Origin: Patescibacteria group bacterium
GTDB taxonomy: Bacteria; Patescibacteriota; Microgenomatia; UBA1400; PJMF01
Assembly (NCBI GenBank): GCA_016861085.1
Contig: BOKR01000001.1
Location: 195,271-259,270, forward strand
Direction: 5' to 3'
Length of the DNA: 64,000 nt
In this document: piece after piece, positions 19,640 to 29,371 of the stretch
Layout of the letters: each line of letters starts with the position of its first letter
Position numbering within the stretch: the first letter of the stretch is position 1
The notes under the pieces: model-generated
What the model saw: only the letters and a program-made list of their open reading frames with translations
Told to the model about the DNA's origin: nothing
Database searches by the model: none
Position numbers and translations under genes: made by a program

Positions 19640-20293
19640 ATGACTATACATTTGCCTTTTTGGATACCCATTCACACAGTCCTTGCAACAAATCAAAAAA
19701 CTATTAAATCAGTTTTTTTTATTTTGTACCTGCTTGGTTTTTTAGGTATTGGTTTTGGTTTCTTTCTTTTTAACTCAAATCTAGAGCTATATGTCACTTT
19801 GGCAGAATTGGCAACTAAGTTTGGAACGATCTCGCTCTATCTTTTTTTGCTGACACTGGTGCCAGGAATTTTACAGCGGCTCAATGTTGTGGTGCTTTTG
19901 AGCACAAGTGTTGTGTTATTTAGAAGACAAATAGGAATAGTAATGTATATCCTTGCGTTGCTACATTCTTTTTATCTCTCAATCATCCCACAGGTAATGA
20001 CGAGCGATCTGCGTTTGCAAAATTTTGCAACCAGGGAAATATATGGTCTAATTGCAATATTGATTTTATTTCCAGTGTGGATCACGTCAAATGATGTGTC
20101 ACAAAAAAAGTTTGGAAGATTTTGGAAATCAATTCAACGACTTACGTATATAGCAATGTTTTTTATCTACTTACATGTTGCCGCAATTGAAAAATCTGCA
20201 CAGTTATTAACTGCCATCGTTATATTGCTTGAGATTATTTCTTGGATTAAGATTTGGTTAAGAAGACCGACTAGAACCAATTTAACTTCTTAA
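19640..20293 (+). CDS. Ferric-reductase-like transmembrane (MsrQ/YedZ-like) protein
   Basis: RRQIGI, LLH, ITSND, WKSIQRLTY, YLH. Confidence 0.85.
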   Translation: MTIHLPFWIPIHTVLATNQKTIKSVFFILYLLGFLGIGFGFFLFNSNLELYVTLAELATKFGTISLYLFLLTLVPGILQRLNVVVLLSTSVVLFRRQIGIVMYILALLHSFYLSIIPQVMTSDLRLQNFATREIYGLIAILILFPVWITSNDVSQKKFGRFWKSIQRLTYIAMFFIYLHVAAIEKSAQLLTAIVILLEIISWIKIWLRRPTRTNLTS

Positions 20294-20818
20294 AAATTGT
20301 TTAATGACACCATTGGCTCTGCTCTCAAAGCTGACTCCGAGGCGCTCTAATACTATACCCTTTAAAATGGTATGTGTCATGCCAGGAATGGAGTGACTTT
20401 CTTCTCTGGCACTCTGAAATTTTTGTTCTTCGTTTAAACTCCAGACGTTATGTTGCCAGAGACAAGAACTTTGACCTTGAATTTCTATCGATTCAATATA
20501 ACCGATTGTTCCTTGAGCGGTCAGGTAGATCCAAACTCTGAGGGTATATTCAGCACTTTTTTTTCTGCCCTTCTCACCATTCTTTACGGTGGTTTTTCCT
20601 TTTGTTTCTTCGTGAAACAACTGGAGACCATCAAAGGTATTCCCGCTGCTTAATTGAGCATACTGCTCAGGAATATGAATTACTGCCTGCTTTTGTGTGA
20701 TCTTTTCTTTTAAATTAGTTTGAGAAGCGAACTTTACCAGCAGCCAACTAATCCTGTTCAAAAATCCATGTAGTGTGTCTTGTTGTCCTTCGATTTCATG
20801 TCTTAGTAGTTTTTTCAT
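20282..20818 (-). CDS. Hypothetical protein
   Basis: 178-aa ORF with SD AAGGA. Confidence 0.6.
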   Translation of the reverse strand: MKKLLRHEIEGQQDTLHGFLNRISWLLVKFASQTNLKEKITQKQAVIHIPEQYAQLSSGNTFDGLQLFHEETKGKTTVKNGEKGRKKSAEYTLRVWIYLTAQGTIGYIESIEIQGQSSCLWQHNVWSLNEEQKFQSAREESHSIPGMTHTILKGIVLERLGVSFESRANGVIKQFLRS

Positions 20819-20901
20819 ATCAGTCCTTTACTATACTCACGAAGTATAGTTGTACGTAAATTCGGTTTACTTGTCAAATCGTGATAAAATATAGCTTCAT
20901 T

Positions 20902-22059
20902 ATGAAGCAAAAATCGTATTATATTCATACTTTTGGTTGCCAATCCAATAAAAGTGATTCTGAGCGCATCGCTGGAGACTACGAAGCTCGTGGATTTGTG
21001 GAAGCAAAAAACTGGCGAGAATGTGACGAACTGATTGTGAATACTTGTGCTGTTCGTCAACGAGCTGAAGACAGAGCGCGTGGGTTCTTATATAACGTTG
21101 TAGTGTATTTTCATGACAAAGGTTTACAAAGACCAAAAATTATTTTAACTGGTTGTATGGTGCATCATGGCAATGAGAAGTTGTACGAGATGATGCCAAT
21201 GATCGATGAAATTTTGCCAATCAATGAAGTTGGATTTAATAATGCAACGGTTAGGAAAGACAAAAAAAATGCATGGATTCCAATCTCAGTTGGTTGCAAT
21301 TCATTCTGTACATACTGTATTGTGCCCTACTCTCGTGGTCGTGAAAAATCTCGAAGCATGGAATCAATTTTGCAAGAAGTAGAAAAACTTGCAAATGAAG
21401 GATTTGAAGAAATTACATTATTGGGAATGAATGTTAATTCTTGGGGTTTAGAAAAACTAGGGATTGGCTTTAGAAAATTGATGATGGAAAACAAGAATTT
21501 CACAAGAGAAGATTTGCCCGATAATCAATCTCAATATTTACAGCCAGAAGGTACACCTCCTTTCGTAAAATTGTTGCAGGAAGTTTCAAAATTTGATCAA
21601 ATCAAAAAAATTAGGTTTATGAGCAGTAACCCATGGGATTTTCACGATGAGTTAATTGCAGAAATTGGTAGAAATAAAAAAATTGACAGATATGTTCACT
21701 TACCAATTCAATCTGGAAGTAATGGAGTTTTGTACCGAATGAACCGTGGTTATACAAAAGAGCGATATGTTGAAGTTGTTGAAAAATTGCGGAAAGCTGA
21801 TCCAGAGATTGTGATTGGTACCGACATTGTGGTTGGCTTTGCAAATGAGTCTGAAGCAGAGTTTGAGGAAACGGTAGCTTTGGCAAAACAAATTGATTGG
21901 AAAGTTGGATTTGTGGCAATGTATTCTCCCCGTCCTGGGACAGCTGGCTGGAGAATCTACCCAGACAACATTCCACATAAAGAAAAGAAACGTCGTTGGG
22001 AAATTTTGGACCAAATAATCAATAAAGATAACTTACATCAGCGACCAATTGTGATTTAG
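20902..22059 (+). CDS. miaB: Radical SAM methylthiotransferase MiaB-like (no TRAM domain)
   Basis: TFGCQ, NTCAVR, GC, CNSFCTYC; adjacent to miaA. Confidence 0.88.
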   Translation: MKQKSYYIHTFGCQSNKSDSERIAGDYEARGFVEAKNWRECDELIVNTCAVRQRAEDRARGFLYNVVVYFHDKGLQRPKIILTGCMVHHGNEKLYEMMPMIDEILPINEVGFNNATVRKDKKNAWIPISVGCNSFCTYCIVPYSRGREKSRSMESILQEVEKLANEGFEEITLLGMNVNSWGLEKLGIGFRKLMMENKNFTREDLPDNQSQYLQPEGTPPFVKLLQEVSKFDQIKKIRFMSSNPWDFHDELIAEIGRNKKIDRYVHLPIQSGSNGVLYRMNRGYTKERYVEVVEKLRKADPEIVIGTDIVVGFANESEAEFEETVALAKQIDWKVGFVAMYSPRPGTAGWRIYPDNIPHKEKKRRWEILDQIINKDNLHQRPIVI

Positions 22060-22079
22060 CTGAGAGTAAAAGGAATATC

Positions 22080-23066
22080 ATGTCTATACAACATGAACAA
22101 AAAATAAACAAAATAGTTTCTGTGGTTGGTCCAACTGCTTCAGGGAAGACTCATTTTGCTCTTAAAATTGCCCAGCAGGCATTGAACGCTTTGAATGAAA
22201 TAAGATTTTCTGGCATCGATATCATTTCCGTTGATTCAAGACAGGTCTACAAAGGTTTAGAGATTCTCACTGGTGCTGATATCCCCAATGGATTTGAACA
22301 AGTAGCAGCGCATGGAAATTTTGAATTTCCTTACTTTAGAAATACCAGTCTGCCAATTTCATTGCATGGTATTTCAATTATTGATTTTAAACAAGAATGG
22401 TCAGTTGCGCATTTCAAAGATTTTGCAACAAAAATTATTTTAAACAGTTTTGAAAATAATCGATTACCAATTCTCGTTGGTGGCACAGGTTTATATCATC
22501 AATATCTATTTAGTTCAGATAGTAATTTATATGTTCCACCAAACGCTCGTGTCAGAAAAGCAGCCGTTCACTTAGGACTCAATGAGTTGCAACATTGGCT
22601 GGAAAAAGTAGCCGCAAAAAAACTCGCAGAAATGAATAATTCTGATAGAAACAATCCAAGAAGATTGGTAAGAGCTATCGAAATTGCTTTGGGAGCACCA
22701 AATACTACACAAACACTCAGTTTACCAGCGAATCATTGGAGAGAAATGTATGGAATGAATGTGCCTTTGGAACAGCTACAAAGCAACATAGTGCTAAGAG
22801 TTAAAGAGCGATTCAGGAATGGTGCTATTACAGAAGTTAAGACCCTTTTACAAGCTTGTGAGAAACAAGATCTGCCAATCTGTTCGACCTTGGGTGTTGG
22901 TGATATTTCGGATTTTTTGTCTGGAAAGAGCAGTGAAAAGGAATGCCAAGAGAACTGGGCTCTGCATGAGTTCCAGTATGCCAAGCGCCAATTAACCTGG
23001 TTTCAAAAACAAAAAGACATTATTTGGTTGGACGATTTGCAAAAAAAACAGTATACTTTTAGGTAA
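22080..23066 (+). CDS. miaA: tRNA dimethylallyltransferase
   Basis: GPTASGKT, DSRQVY, VGGTGLY, YAKRQLTWF. Confidence 0.95.
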   Translation: MSIQHEQKINKIVSVVGPTASGKTHFALKIAQQALNALNEIRFSGIDIISVDSRQVYKGLEILTGADIPNGFEQVAAHGNFEFPYFRNTSLPISLHGISIIDFKQEWSVAHFKDFATKIILNSFENNRLPILVGGTGLYHQYLFSSDSNLYVPPNARVRKAAVHLGLNELQHWLEKVAAKKLAEMNNSDRNNPRRLVRAIEIALGAPNTTQTLSLPANHWREMYGMNVPLEQLQSNIVLRVKERFRNGAITEVKTLLQACEKQDLPICSTLGVGDISDFLSGKSSEKECQENWALHEFQYAKRQLTWFQKQKDIIWLDDLQKKQYTFR

Positions 23067-23070
23067 GACT

Positions 23071-24084
23071 ATGAAAAAACTGTTTTTTAGCGATCACATG
23101 GTAAGTATTTCCCCTTTTTCGATTATGTTTGCGATACTCTTCATACTGGGTTTGTATGGCGTGTATTATATTCGATCCGTTTTGGTTCTCATTTTTTTAT
23201 CTTTCATTTTGATGGTGGCGCTTAATCCGATTGTGAGGTTTTTAAACACCAAAGTTAAGATCCCAAAAATCCCGAGTATTGCGATAGCGTATTTTTTAGT
23301 GTTGCTTGGTTTCACTGCGCTACTTGGAGCCTTAATTCCCCCATTAGCCCGTGAGGTTGTTCAACTTATTAATAATCTCAATCTTCCTTTTTTACAGGAG
23401 TCTTTACGGTCGTTCAATTTTACTTTGCAAGAACTGAGTAATGTGGTCAGTAACTTTGGTGGCGGATTTAATGTCGTATTTAACGTTGTAAATATGACAT
23501 TCACTGGGGTATTTACAGTATTTACTGTTGTAGTTTTATCTTTTTATTTGATGCTTGAAAGGTCAGACTTACACAAAAAGGCAATTTGGTTTACCAGAAG
23601 AACTGAGTACATTACTCAGTTTAAGGATTTTATTGATTCTGTCGAGGTACAGCTGGGTGGTTGGGTTCGGGCACAGTTGATTTTAATGCTCTCCATTTTC
23701 ACTATCACCTTAGTGAGCTTGAGTTTGATCTCTGTTCCTTACGCATTGCCATTAGCACTTTTAGCCGGATTTCTAGAAATTGTGCCTAATCTAGGACCAA
23801 CAATTGCAATGATCCCAGCAGCATTCATAGCATATATAACGTTTGGGCCAGTCATGTGTGGAATTGTTATTTTGTTATACATAGTTATTCAGCAGTTAGA
23901 AAATAACATCTTGGTTCCAAAGGTGATGCGTGAAAGCGCTAATGTTAATCCACTTATTTCTATTGCAAGCATTTTAATTGGTCTTAAAGTCGGTGGTATT
24001 ATGGGTGCATTGCTTGCCATTCCCATTTACATACTGGGAAGAACAATATTTTCGACCTTTATTCAACCTAAAATTAGAGATTAG
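23071..24084 (+). CDS. AI-2E (PerM) family transporter
   Basis: QQLENNILVPKV, GALLAIP. Confidence 0.9.
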   Translation: MKKLFFSDHMVSISPFSIMFAILFILGLYGVYYIRSVLVLIFLSFILMVALNPIVRFLNTKVKIPKIPSIAIAYFLVLLGFTALLGALIPPLAREVVQLINNLNLPFLQESLRSFNFTLQELSNVVSNFGGGFNVVFNVVNMTFTGVFTVFTVVVLSFYLMLERSDLHKKAIWFTRRTEYITQFKDFIDSVEVQLGGWVRAQLILMLSIFTITLVSLSLISVPYALPLALLAGFLEIVPNLGPTIAMIPAAFIAYITFGPVMCGIVILLYIVIQQLENNILVPKVMRESANVNPLISIASILIGLKVGGIMGALLAIPIYILGRTIFSTFIQPKIRD

Positions 24085-24140
24085 ACTGTAATAGTCCTCT
24101 TTACTTTCTATGTTATAGGATATATAATAGCATTTGGTTT

Positions 24141-24478
24141 ACATTCGAGACAATGGCTTTTACCTTGTGTAAAAGAGGAAAGTCCGGACAGCTGAACAGA
24201 GGGTGCTTTGCGAAGCGTAAGCGAGCAAAGGGCAAGGAAGCAATTTCTTGGACAGTTAGAGCAACAGTGACGAATTGGGGTTGCGCCCAAGTGAAACGAC
24301 CCGAGCTTTACGGGTGCAGATGATTACTTTTGTTTTCATCAGCGGCAATCCTCCCTGCTGCAACTGACGAATTTCACCGCTTAATGGATCTGTTCCCCAT
24401 TCGCTTTTGGTGGATCGGTGATAAAGTCTCAGGCATAGATAGATCATTGTCAAATACAGAATCCGGCTTATTGAATGT
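24141..24478 (+). ncRNA. rnpB: RNase P RNA
   Basis: GAGGAAAGTCC and ACAGAATCCGGCTTA (P4); P1 ACATTCGA/TTGAATGT; P2 GACAATG/CATTGTC; GTGAAAC. Confidence 0.92.
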
Positions 24479-24492
24479 CAACTATTATCAGG

Positions 24493-24525
24493 AAACGTCA
24501 GTCAAAATTGAGACTGACGTTTTTT
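24493..24525 (+). terminator. rnpB terminator
   Basis: AAACGTCAGTC-loop-GACTGACGTTT plus T tract. Confidence 0.85.
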
Positions 24526-24564
24526 GTATTTAAGCCGTATAATGGAAAAAAATAAGGAGTGTTT

Positions 24565-25257
24565 ATGACAGCAAAATTATATGAAACATTAGTATTTTTA
24601 AGTAACCAAGTCTTAACTGATTTGGTGATTTTTCTTCCAAAACTTATTACAGCTTTTTTAGTTTTGGTTGTTGGGGCTGCTCTTGCTAGAACATTTAAAA
24701 AGGTTGTTGTTAAATTAATGGAAGCTTTACGACTTTCAAAAGCATTTCAAAAAACACCAGTTGAACACTTTCTTGCAGATGCAGAACTAGGTGGGAAGGT
24801 CGAAGAAATCGTTGGATCAGTTCTCTACTGGTTAGTGATGCTTGTTGTTATTCATACAACGGTCAGCATCTTAGGACTGACTTCTCTCACTGTTTTAATT
24901 GGTAGAATTTTAGCGTATTTACCAAGTCTTTTCTCAGCACTCATTATTCTATTCTTTGGATTGCTGATCGCAGGTATTGTTGAGAGTTTGGTGAAAGGTG
25001 CAATCAAAAGTGTTGATGGAAGAAGTTCAAGATTACTTGGAAAAATTTCATCTTACTCTGTTATGGCAGTGACAGTTCTTGCTGCTATCAGTGAACTTGG
25101 AATAGCACAAGAATTTATTTTTATTCTGTTTGTTGGGTTTGTTATTATGGTTTCTTTAGCTTTTGGTTTAGCTTTTGGTCTTGGTGGAAAAGATGTAGTG
25201 AACATGGCTCTCACTGAGTGGTATAAGAAAACAAAGTCTGAGGTATCAAAGAAGTAG
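24565..25257 (+). CDS. MscS-related TM-helix-repeat (CmpX-like) membrane protein
   Basis: FLPKLITA and YLPSLFSA repeats; LAFGLAFGLGGKD. Confidence 0.8.
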   Translation: MTAKLYETLVFLSNQVLTDLVIFLPKLITAFLVLVVGAALARTFKKVVVKLMEALRLSKAFQKTPVEHFLADAELGGKVEEIVGSVLYWLVMLVVIHTTVSILGLTSLTVLIGRILAYLPSLFSALIILFFGLLIAGIVESLVKGAIKSVDGRSSRLLGKISSYSVMAVTVLAAISELGIAQEFIFILFVGFVIMVSLAFGLAFGLGGKDVVNMALTEWYKKTKSEVSKK

Positions 25258-25273
25258 TTAGAATTTTTCACCT

Positions 25274-26041
25274 ATGAATTTTTTTCAAGCGGCAGTTCTG
25301 GGTGTGGTTCAAGGATTTTCGGAGTTTTTACCCGTCTCAAGTTCTGGACACCTGGTGTTAGTACAAAACTTTTTTGGTATAACAGAAGACGGCCTAGCCT
25401 TTGATGTGTTTCTGCATTTTGCAACCTTGCTAGCAGTTATCATTTACTTTAGAAGTGATCTCCTTAAACTATCAAAAAAAATGATCTATGCAATTTTTAT
25501 TGCAAGTATACCAGCTGGATTAGTAGGTATATTTTTAGAAGATTACATTACTGCAGCGTTTAACTCTCTCACGTTAGTTGGGGTTGGATTGATAATCACT
25601 GGGATTTTTAACTTTATAACTGAACACAGACTAAAGTCTGCAAAAGACCCAAAAACGTCTATAAGTACTACTCAAGCGTTAATAATAGGTTTGTTTCAGG
25701 CGTTTGCAGTACTACCTGGTGTTTCAAGGTCTGGATCTACCGTTTTTGCTGGAGTATCACAAAACCTAGAAAGAAAACTTGCATTCCGGTTTTCTTTTAT
25801 TATGTCATTACCCGTAGTGTTTGGTGCTAATTTAATTCATGTTTCTAGAATAGTTAATGGAAATAGCTATGAGGGAAATCTTTTTGCACTAATGATAGGT
25901 GGAGCTTTAGCTTTTATTACTGGATTACTTAGTCTAAAAATTCTTGAAATCGTAATGGTTAAAGCAAAGATGAACTATTTTGGGATGTATTGTACTGTTA
26001 TTGGTTTACTTGTGATCTTGTTTAGTATATTACAGTTCTAA
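25274..26041 (+). CDS. uppP: Undecaprenyl-diphosphate phosphatase
   Basis: QGFSEFLPVSSSGHL, PGVSRSGST. Confidence 0.96.
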   Translation: MNFFQAAVLGVVQGFSEFLPVSSSGHLVLVQNFFGITEDGLAFDVFLHFATLLAVIIYFRSDLLKLSKKMIYAIFIASIPAGLVGIFLEDYITAAFNSLTLVGVGLIITGIFNFITEHRLKSAKDPKTSISTTQALIIGLFQAFAVLPGVSRSGSTVFAGVSQNLERKLAFRFSFIMSLPVVFGANLIHVSRIVNGNSYEGNLFALMIGGALAFITGLLSLKILEIVMVKAKMNYFGMYCTVIGLLVILFSILQF

Positions 26042-27538
26042 TTTTCTATATTGTAAAGCTTCAGCAATATTTTCAACTGAGATTTCACTCTTCTGGGAAA
26101 GATCTGCAATCGTTTGGGCTACTTTGATAATTCTAAAGAACGACCGCGTTGAAAGCTGGTACTTTTGATTTGATCGTTTGAGTAATTTTTCTGCTTCTAT
26201 TGTTAGGTTACAAAATTTACTTATTAATCTCGTTGTCAGTTGGCTATTAGTTAAAATACATTCATCTTTATATCTCTCAACTTGTATTCTTCTAGCTATC
26301 CCCACTTTTTTTCTTATGTCGCTTGAAGTAGCATTTTGTTGCAGACTTGTTGTGGTTAACAATTTAGTTTCAACTGGCTGAACGAAGACCCTTATATCAA
26401 TTCTATCTATGATTGGTCCGGACATTTTTTTCTTGTACGCGATGTACTGATTCTGTGTACATGAACATGTTTTCATTTGACTGAATCGGTAACCACAAGG
26501 ACAGGGATTACTTGCTGCTATCAGCATACATTCACAAGGGTATGTTGAGTTGCCTGATATTCTTGAAATTGTGATAGTCCCATCTTCAAGTGGTTGTCGT
26601 AAGGATTCTAATATATTTGTTGGAAATTCAAAAAATTCATCCATGAATAGAATTCCCCTATGAGCGAGTGATATTTCACCAGGGTTGAGTGATTTTCCTC
26701 CTCCAATCATTGCTGTACTAGAAATAGTATGATGTGGTGTTCGAAATGGTCTTTGTGAAATAAGATTCCGATCTAGTAAACCTGAAATTGAGTAAATACT
26801 ATTTACTGCAAGTAATTCCTCTGACTCTAAATCAGGTAGAATACTCACTATAGATTTAGCGAGCAAACTTTTTCCAGTTCCCGGTGGTCCAGTCAATAGA
26901 ACGTTATGGCCACCAGCTGCTGCAATTTCCAATGCACGTTTAGCTTCATGTTGCCCGTAGATTTCCTCAAAAGTATACTGGAATGATGTTTCACTGATTT
27001 TTATTGGTTTTTTCTTCAAAGGTGCTAATCGTGATAGCTTTTGTATTTATAACAAATCTTTCAAATGTGAAATTGCATAGACAGTAATTCCCTCAATAAT
27101 GCTTATTTCAATTTCATTATCTTTAGGGATAACTACTTTAGTACAACCAATTTTTTTAGCGTGAAGTAGTAGCGGTACTATACCTCTTACTTTTTTAATG
27201 CTGCCATCTAACGATAACTCGCCAAAGAACAATGTGTGTGAGATATCATATCCGATTACTGTATAGGCTTTCAGCATTGCGATAGTGATTGCTAAGTCAA
27301 ACCCAGTACCTGACTTTTTTATATCAGCAGGAGCTAAATTAACAACAGTTCTCTTTGCTTTGGGAATTATCCCACAATTAAGTAGTGCAGAAGTAATTCT
27401 CTCTTTTGATTCACTAACAGCTTGTGTTGCTAAACCAATAATAATGAGTTGGGGTTTCCCACGACTCAAATCTACTTCTACTCTGACTGTGGAGGATTCC
27501 AGACCTGAAATGGTGGCGGTGTTTGCGCATGCAAGCAT
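26030..27538 (-). pseudogene. comM: ComM/YifB AAA+ helicase interrupted by one in-frame TAA (27047-27049)
   Basis: Both ORF halves are in the same frame; VNLAPADIKKSG, GPPGTGKS, PGEISLAHRG, DRID; about 502 codons in total. Confidence 0.85.
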
Positions 27539-27580
27539 ACCTCAACTATACGAGGTAATTCTTACAAGAAGTGTAGGACC

Positions 27581-28201
27581 TTATTTTTGCAGCGTATCTT
27601 CTGGTTTGAATGTTGTATTGTACCCGGGATTATTCTGGGGTCTGAACTGATTTGGATATTCGATATCAGATTTTACAGCATGAGAGATTTCTTTGAAGAA
27701 TTTAAACACTTCATATGGATCTGCAATATGACTCAAAGTATATGGTCGTTGAGACATACCATTTTTTGTGTATACGACTGTGCCTGCTGTAGAAATCTGG
27801 ATACTACCTGATTTTCTGCCAAACAAGATATCCAAGAGTCCAACTTTTACATCTGCATTTGTCACTTTATCAAAATCAATGATTTGAAAATCTCTACCAA
27901 TAAGTCCTTTTTGGAATAGAACTCGTTTATTGGTAATCATATAAAATATGTGTCTATATACCAAAGCTGTATATAGTGGTGCACCAAAAACGAATAGAAA
28001 TCCAATCCAAAAATGAGGGAACAGTATCATAAAGTAATTTCCAGATTTAATTCCTTGGATCAGTGGAACACTTCCAGCAGCCATGAATATCAGTCCAAAA
28101 ATAATACCGGCAAAACTACTAATGAAGAATGGCCAGAACGCAGGTTTACCCTCCCATAGTATTTCTTCACCAGAATTAAGAATTTTATTGAGTTCGTTCA
28201 T
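27581..28201 (-). CDS. Membrane protein with bacterial PH domain
   Basis: GEEILWEGKP, 2 TM, YMITNKRV. Confidence 0.8.
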   Translation of the reverse strand: MNELNKILNSGEEILWEGKPAFWPFFISSFAGIIFGLIFMAAGSVPLIQGIKSGNYFMILFPHFWIGFLFVFGAPLYTALVYRHIFYMITNKRVLFQKGLIGRDFQIIDFDKVTNADVKVGLLDILFGRKSGSIQISTAGTVVYTKNGMSQRPYTLSHIADPYEVFKFFKEISHAVKSDIEYPNQFRPQNNPGYNTTFKPEDTLQK

Positions 28202-28213
28202 AATTGCTTTCTT

Positions 28214-29254
28214 CTAGATAATTTCAAGCTGATCAACTAGCCGCATACAGTACCCCCATTCGTTATCATACCAGCTAATAACTTTGACTAAGTTACCACC
28301 AATCACCTGAGTTAAAGAGAGATCAACTATAGATGATTCAGTTCTGCCAACTACGTCTGAAGAAACTATCTCATCAGTTGTGACAGCCAGAATACCTTTC
28401 CAACGGTCTTGTGTGCTTGCATCTATAAATGCTTGATTAACTTCGGCTACGGTAACTGGTCGTTTTGTGACAAAAACCATATCAGAAAGTGATCCGACTG
28501 GAACAGGCACACGCACAGCTAAACCGTCAAACATCCCTTTTAATTCAGGGATGATTTCGGTGACTGCAATTGCCGCTCCGGTTGAAGTTGGAATAATATT
28601 TTGAGCAGCCGTTCTTGATCTTCTCAAGTCTTTATGTGAATTATCTTGGGTATTCTGATCATCAGTATATGCATGGATTGTGGTTAACATTGCTTTTTCA
28701 ACACCAAATACTGAGTGCATAATTTGAGCTACAGGAGCTACACAGTTTGTGGTACAAGAAGCATTTGAGAGAACGTTGACTCCCTCTGCATATTGGTTAA
28801 CACCAATGACTGAAGTAGAAACAGTTCCACCTTTAGCTGGAGCAGTAATCATTACTTTTTTTGCTCCACCGGCAAAATGTTGAGCGGCTTTTTCTTCAGA
28901 GGTAAAAGCACCGGTTGCTTCAATGACAACCTCTACACCATATGCTCCCCAAGGAATTAATTTTGGATCTCGTTGAGCTGTAACTACAACTTTGTGACCT
29001 GCTATGGTTATTGTTCCAATTACTGGGTTTTCATCAGTAGCATCTTTTGCAGATTGTGTTTTTTCTACAGTGATTTCTCCTTGAAACGGACCATAATTGG
29101 TGTCGTACTTGAGTAAATGAGCCCATCCTTCAATTTCCATTGAACCTGAAGTATTGATAACAGCTAATGATAAATCAGGATTGTTTTTACTAATCCAAGC
29201 ACGAACAAATGTTCTGCCAATTCTACCAAAGCCGTTTACACCAAATTGTTTCAT
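28214..29254 (-). CDS. gap: Glyceraldehyde-3-phosphate dehydrogenase
   Basis: NGFGRIGR, ASCTTNC, WYDNEWGY; SD AAGGAG. Confidence 0.98.
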   Translation of the reverse strand: MKQFGVNGFGRIGRTFVRAWISKNNPDLSLAVINTSGSMEIEGWAHLLKYDTNYGPFQGEITVEKTQSAKDATDENPVIGTITIAGHKVVVTAQRDPKLIPWGAYGVEVVIEATGAFTSEEKAAQHFAGGAKKVMITAPAKGGTVSTSVIGVNQYAEGVNVLSNASCTTNCVAPVAQIMHSVFGVEKAMLTTIHAYTDDQNTQDNSHKDLRRSRTAAQNIIPTSTGAAIAVTEIIPELKGMFDGLAVRVPVPVGSLSDMVFVTKRPVTVAEVNQAFIDASTQDRWKGILAVTTDEIVSSDVVGRTESSIVDLSLTQVIGGNLVKVISWYDNEWGYCMRLVDQLEII

Positions 29255-29371
29255 ATAATTTCTCCTTACAATTAACACTTATTAATATTTACGATCGTTA
29301 GTTTGCAAATCATATCAACAAGCATATTCGTTCGGACCGAAGGCTCGCAATGTGCGGTTGATTATGATTTG

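Noticed and set aside
24108-24533. Three short ORFs
   Set aside because: They overlap the RNase P RNA.
27047-27049. Stop-codon reassignment or programmed frameshift in comM
   Set aside because: TAA, TAG and TGA all end conserved genes here, and both halves share one frame.
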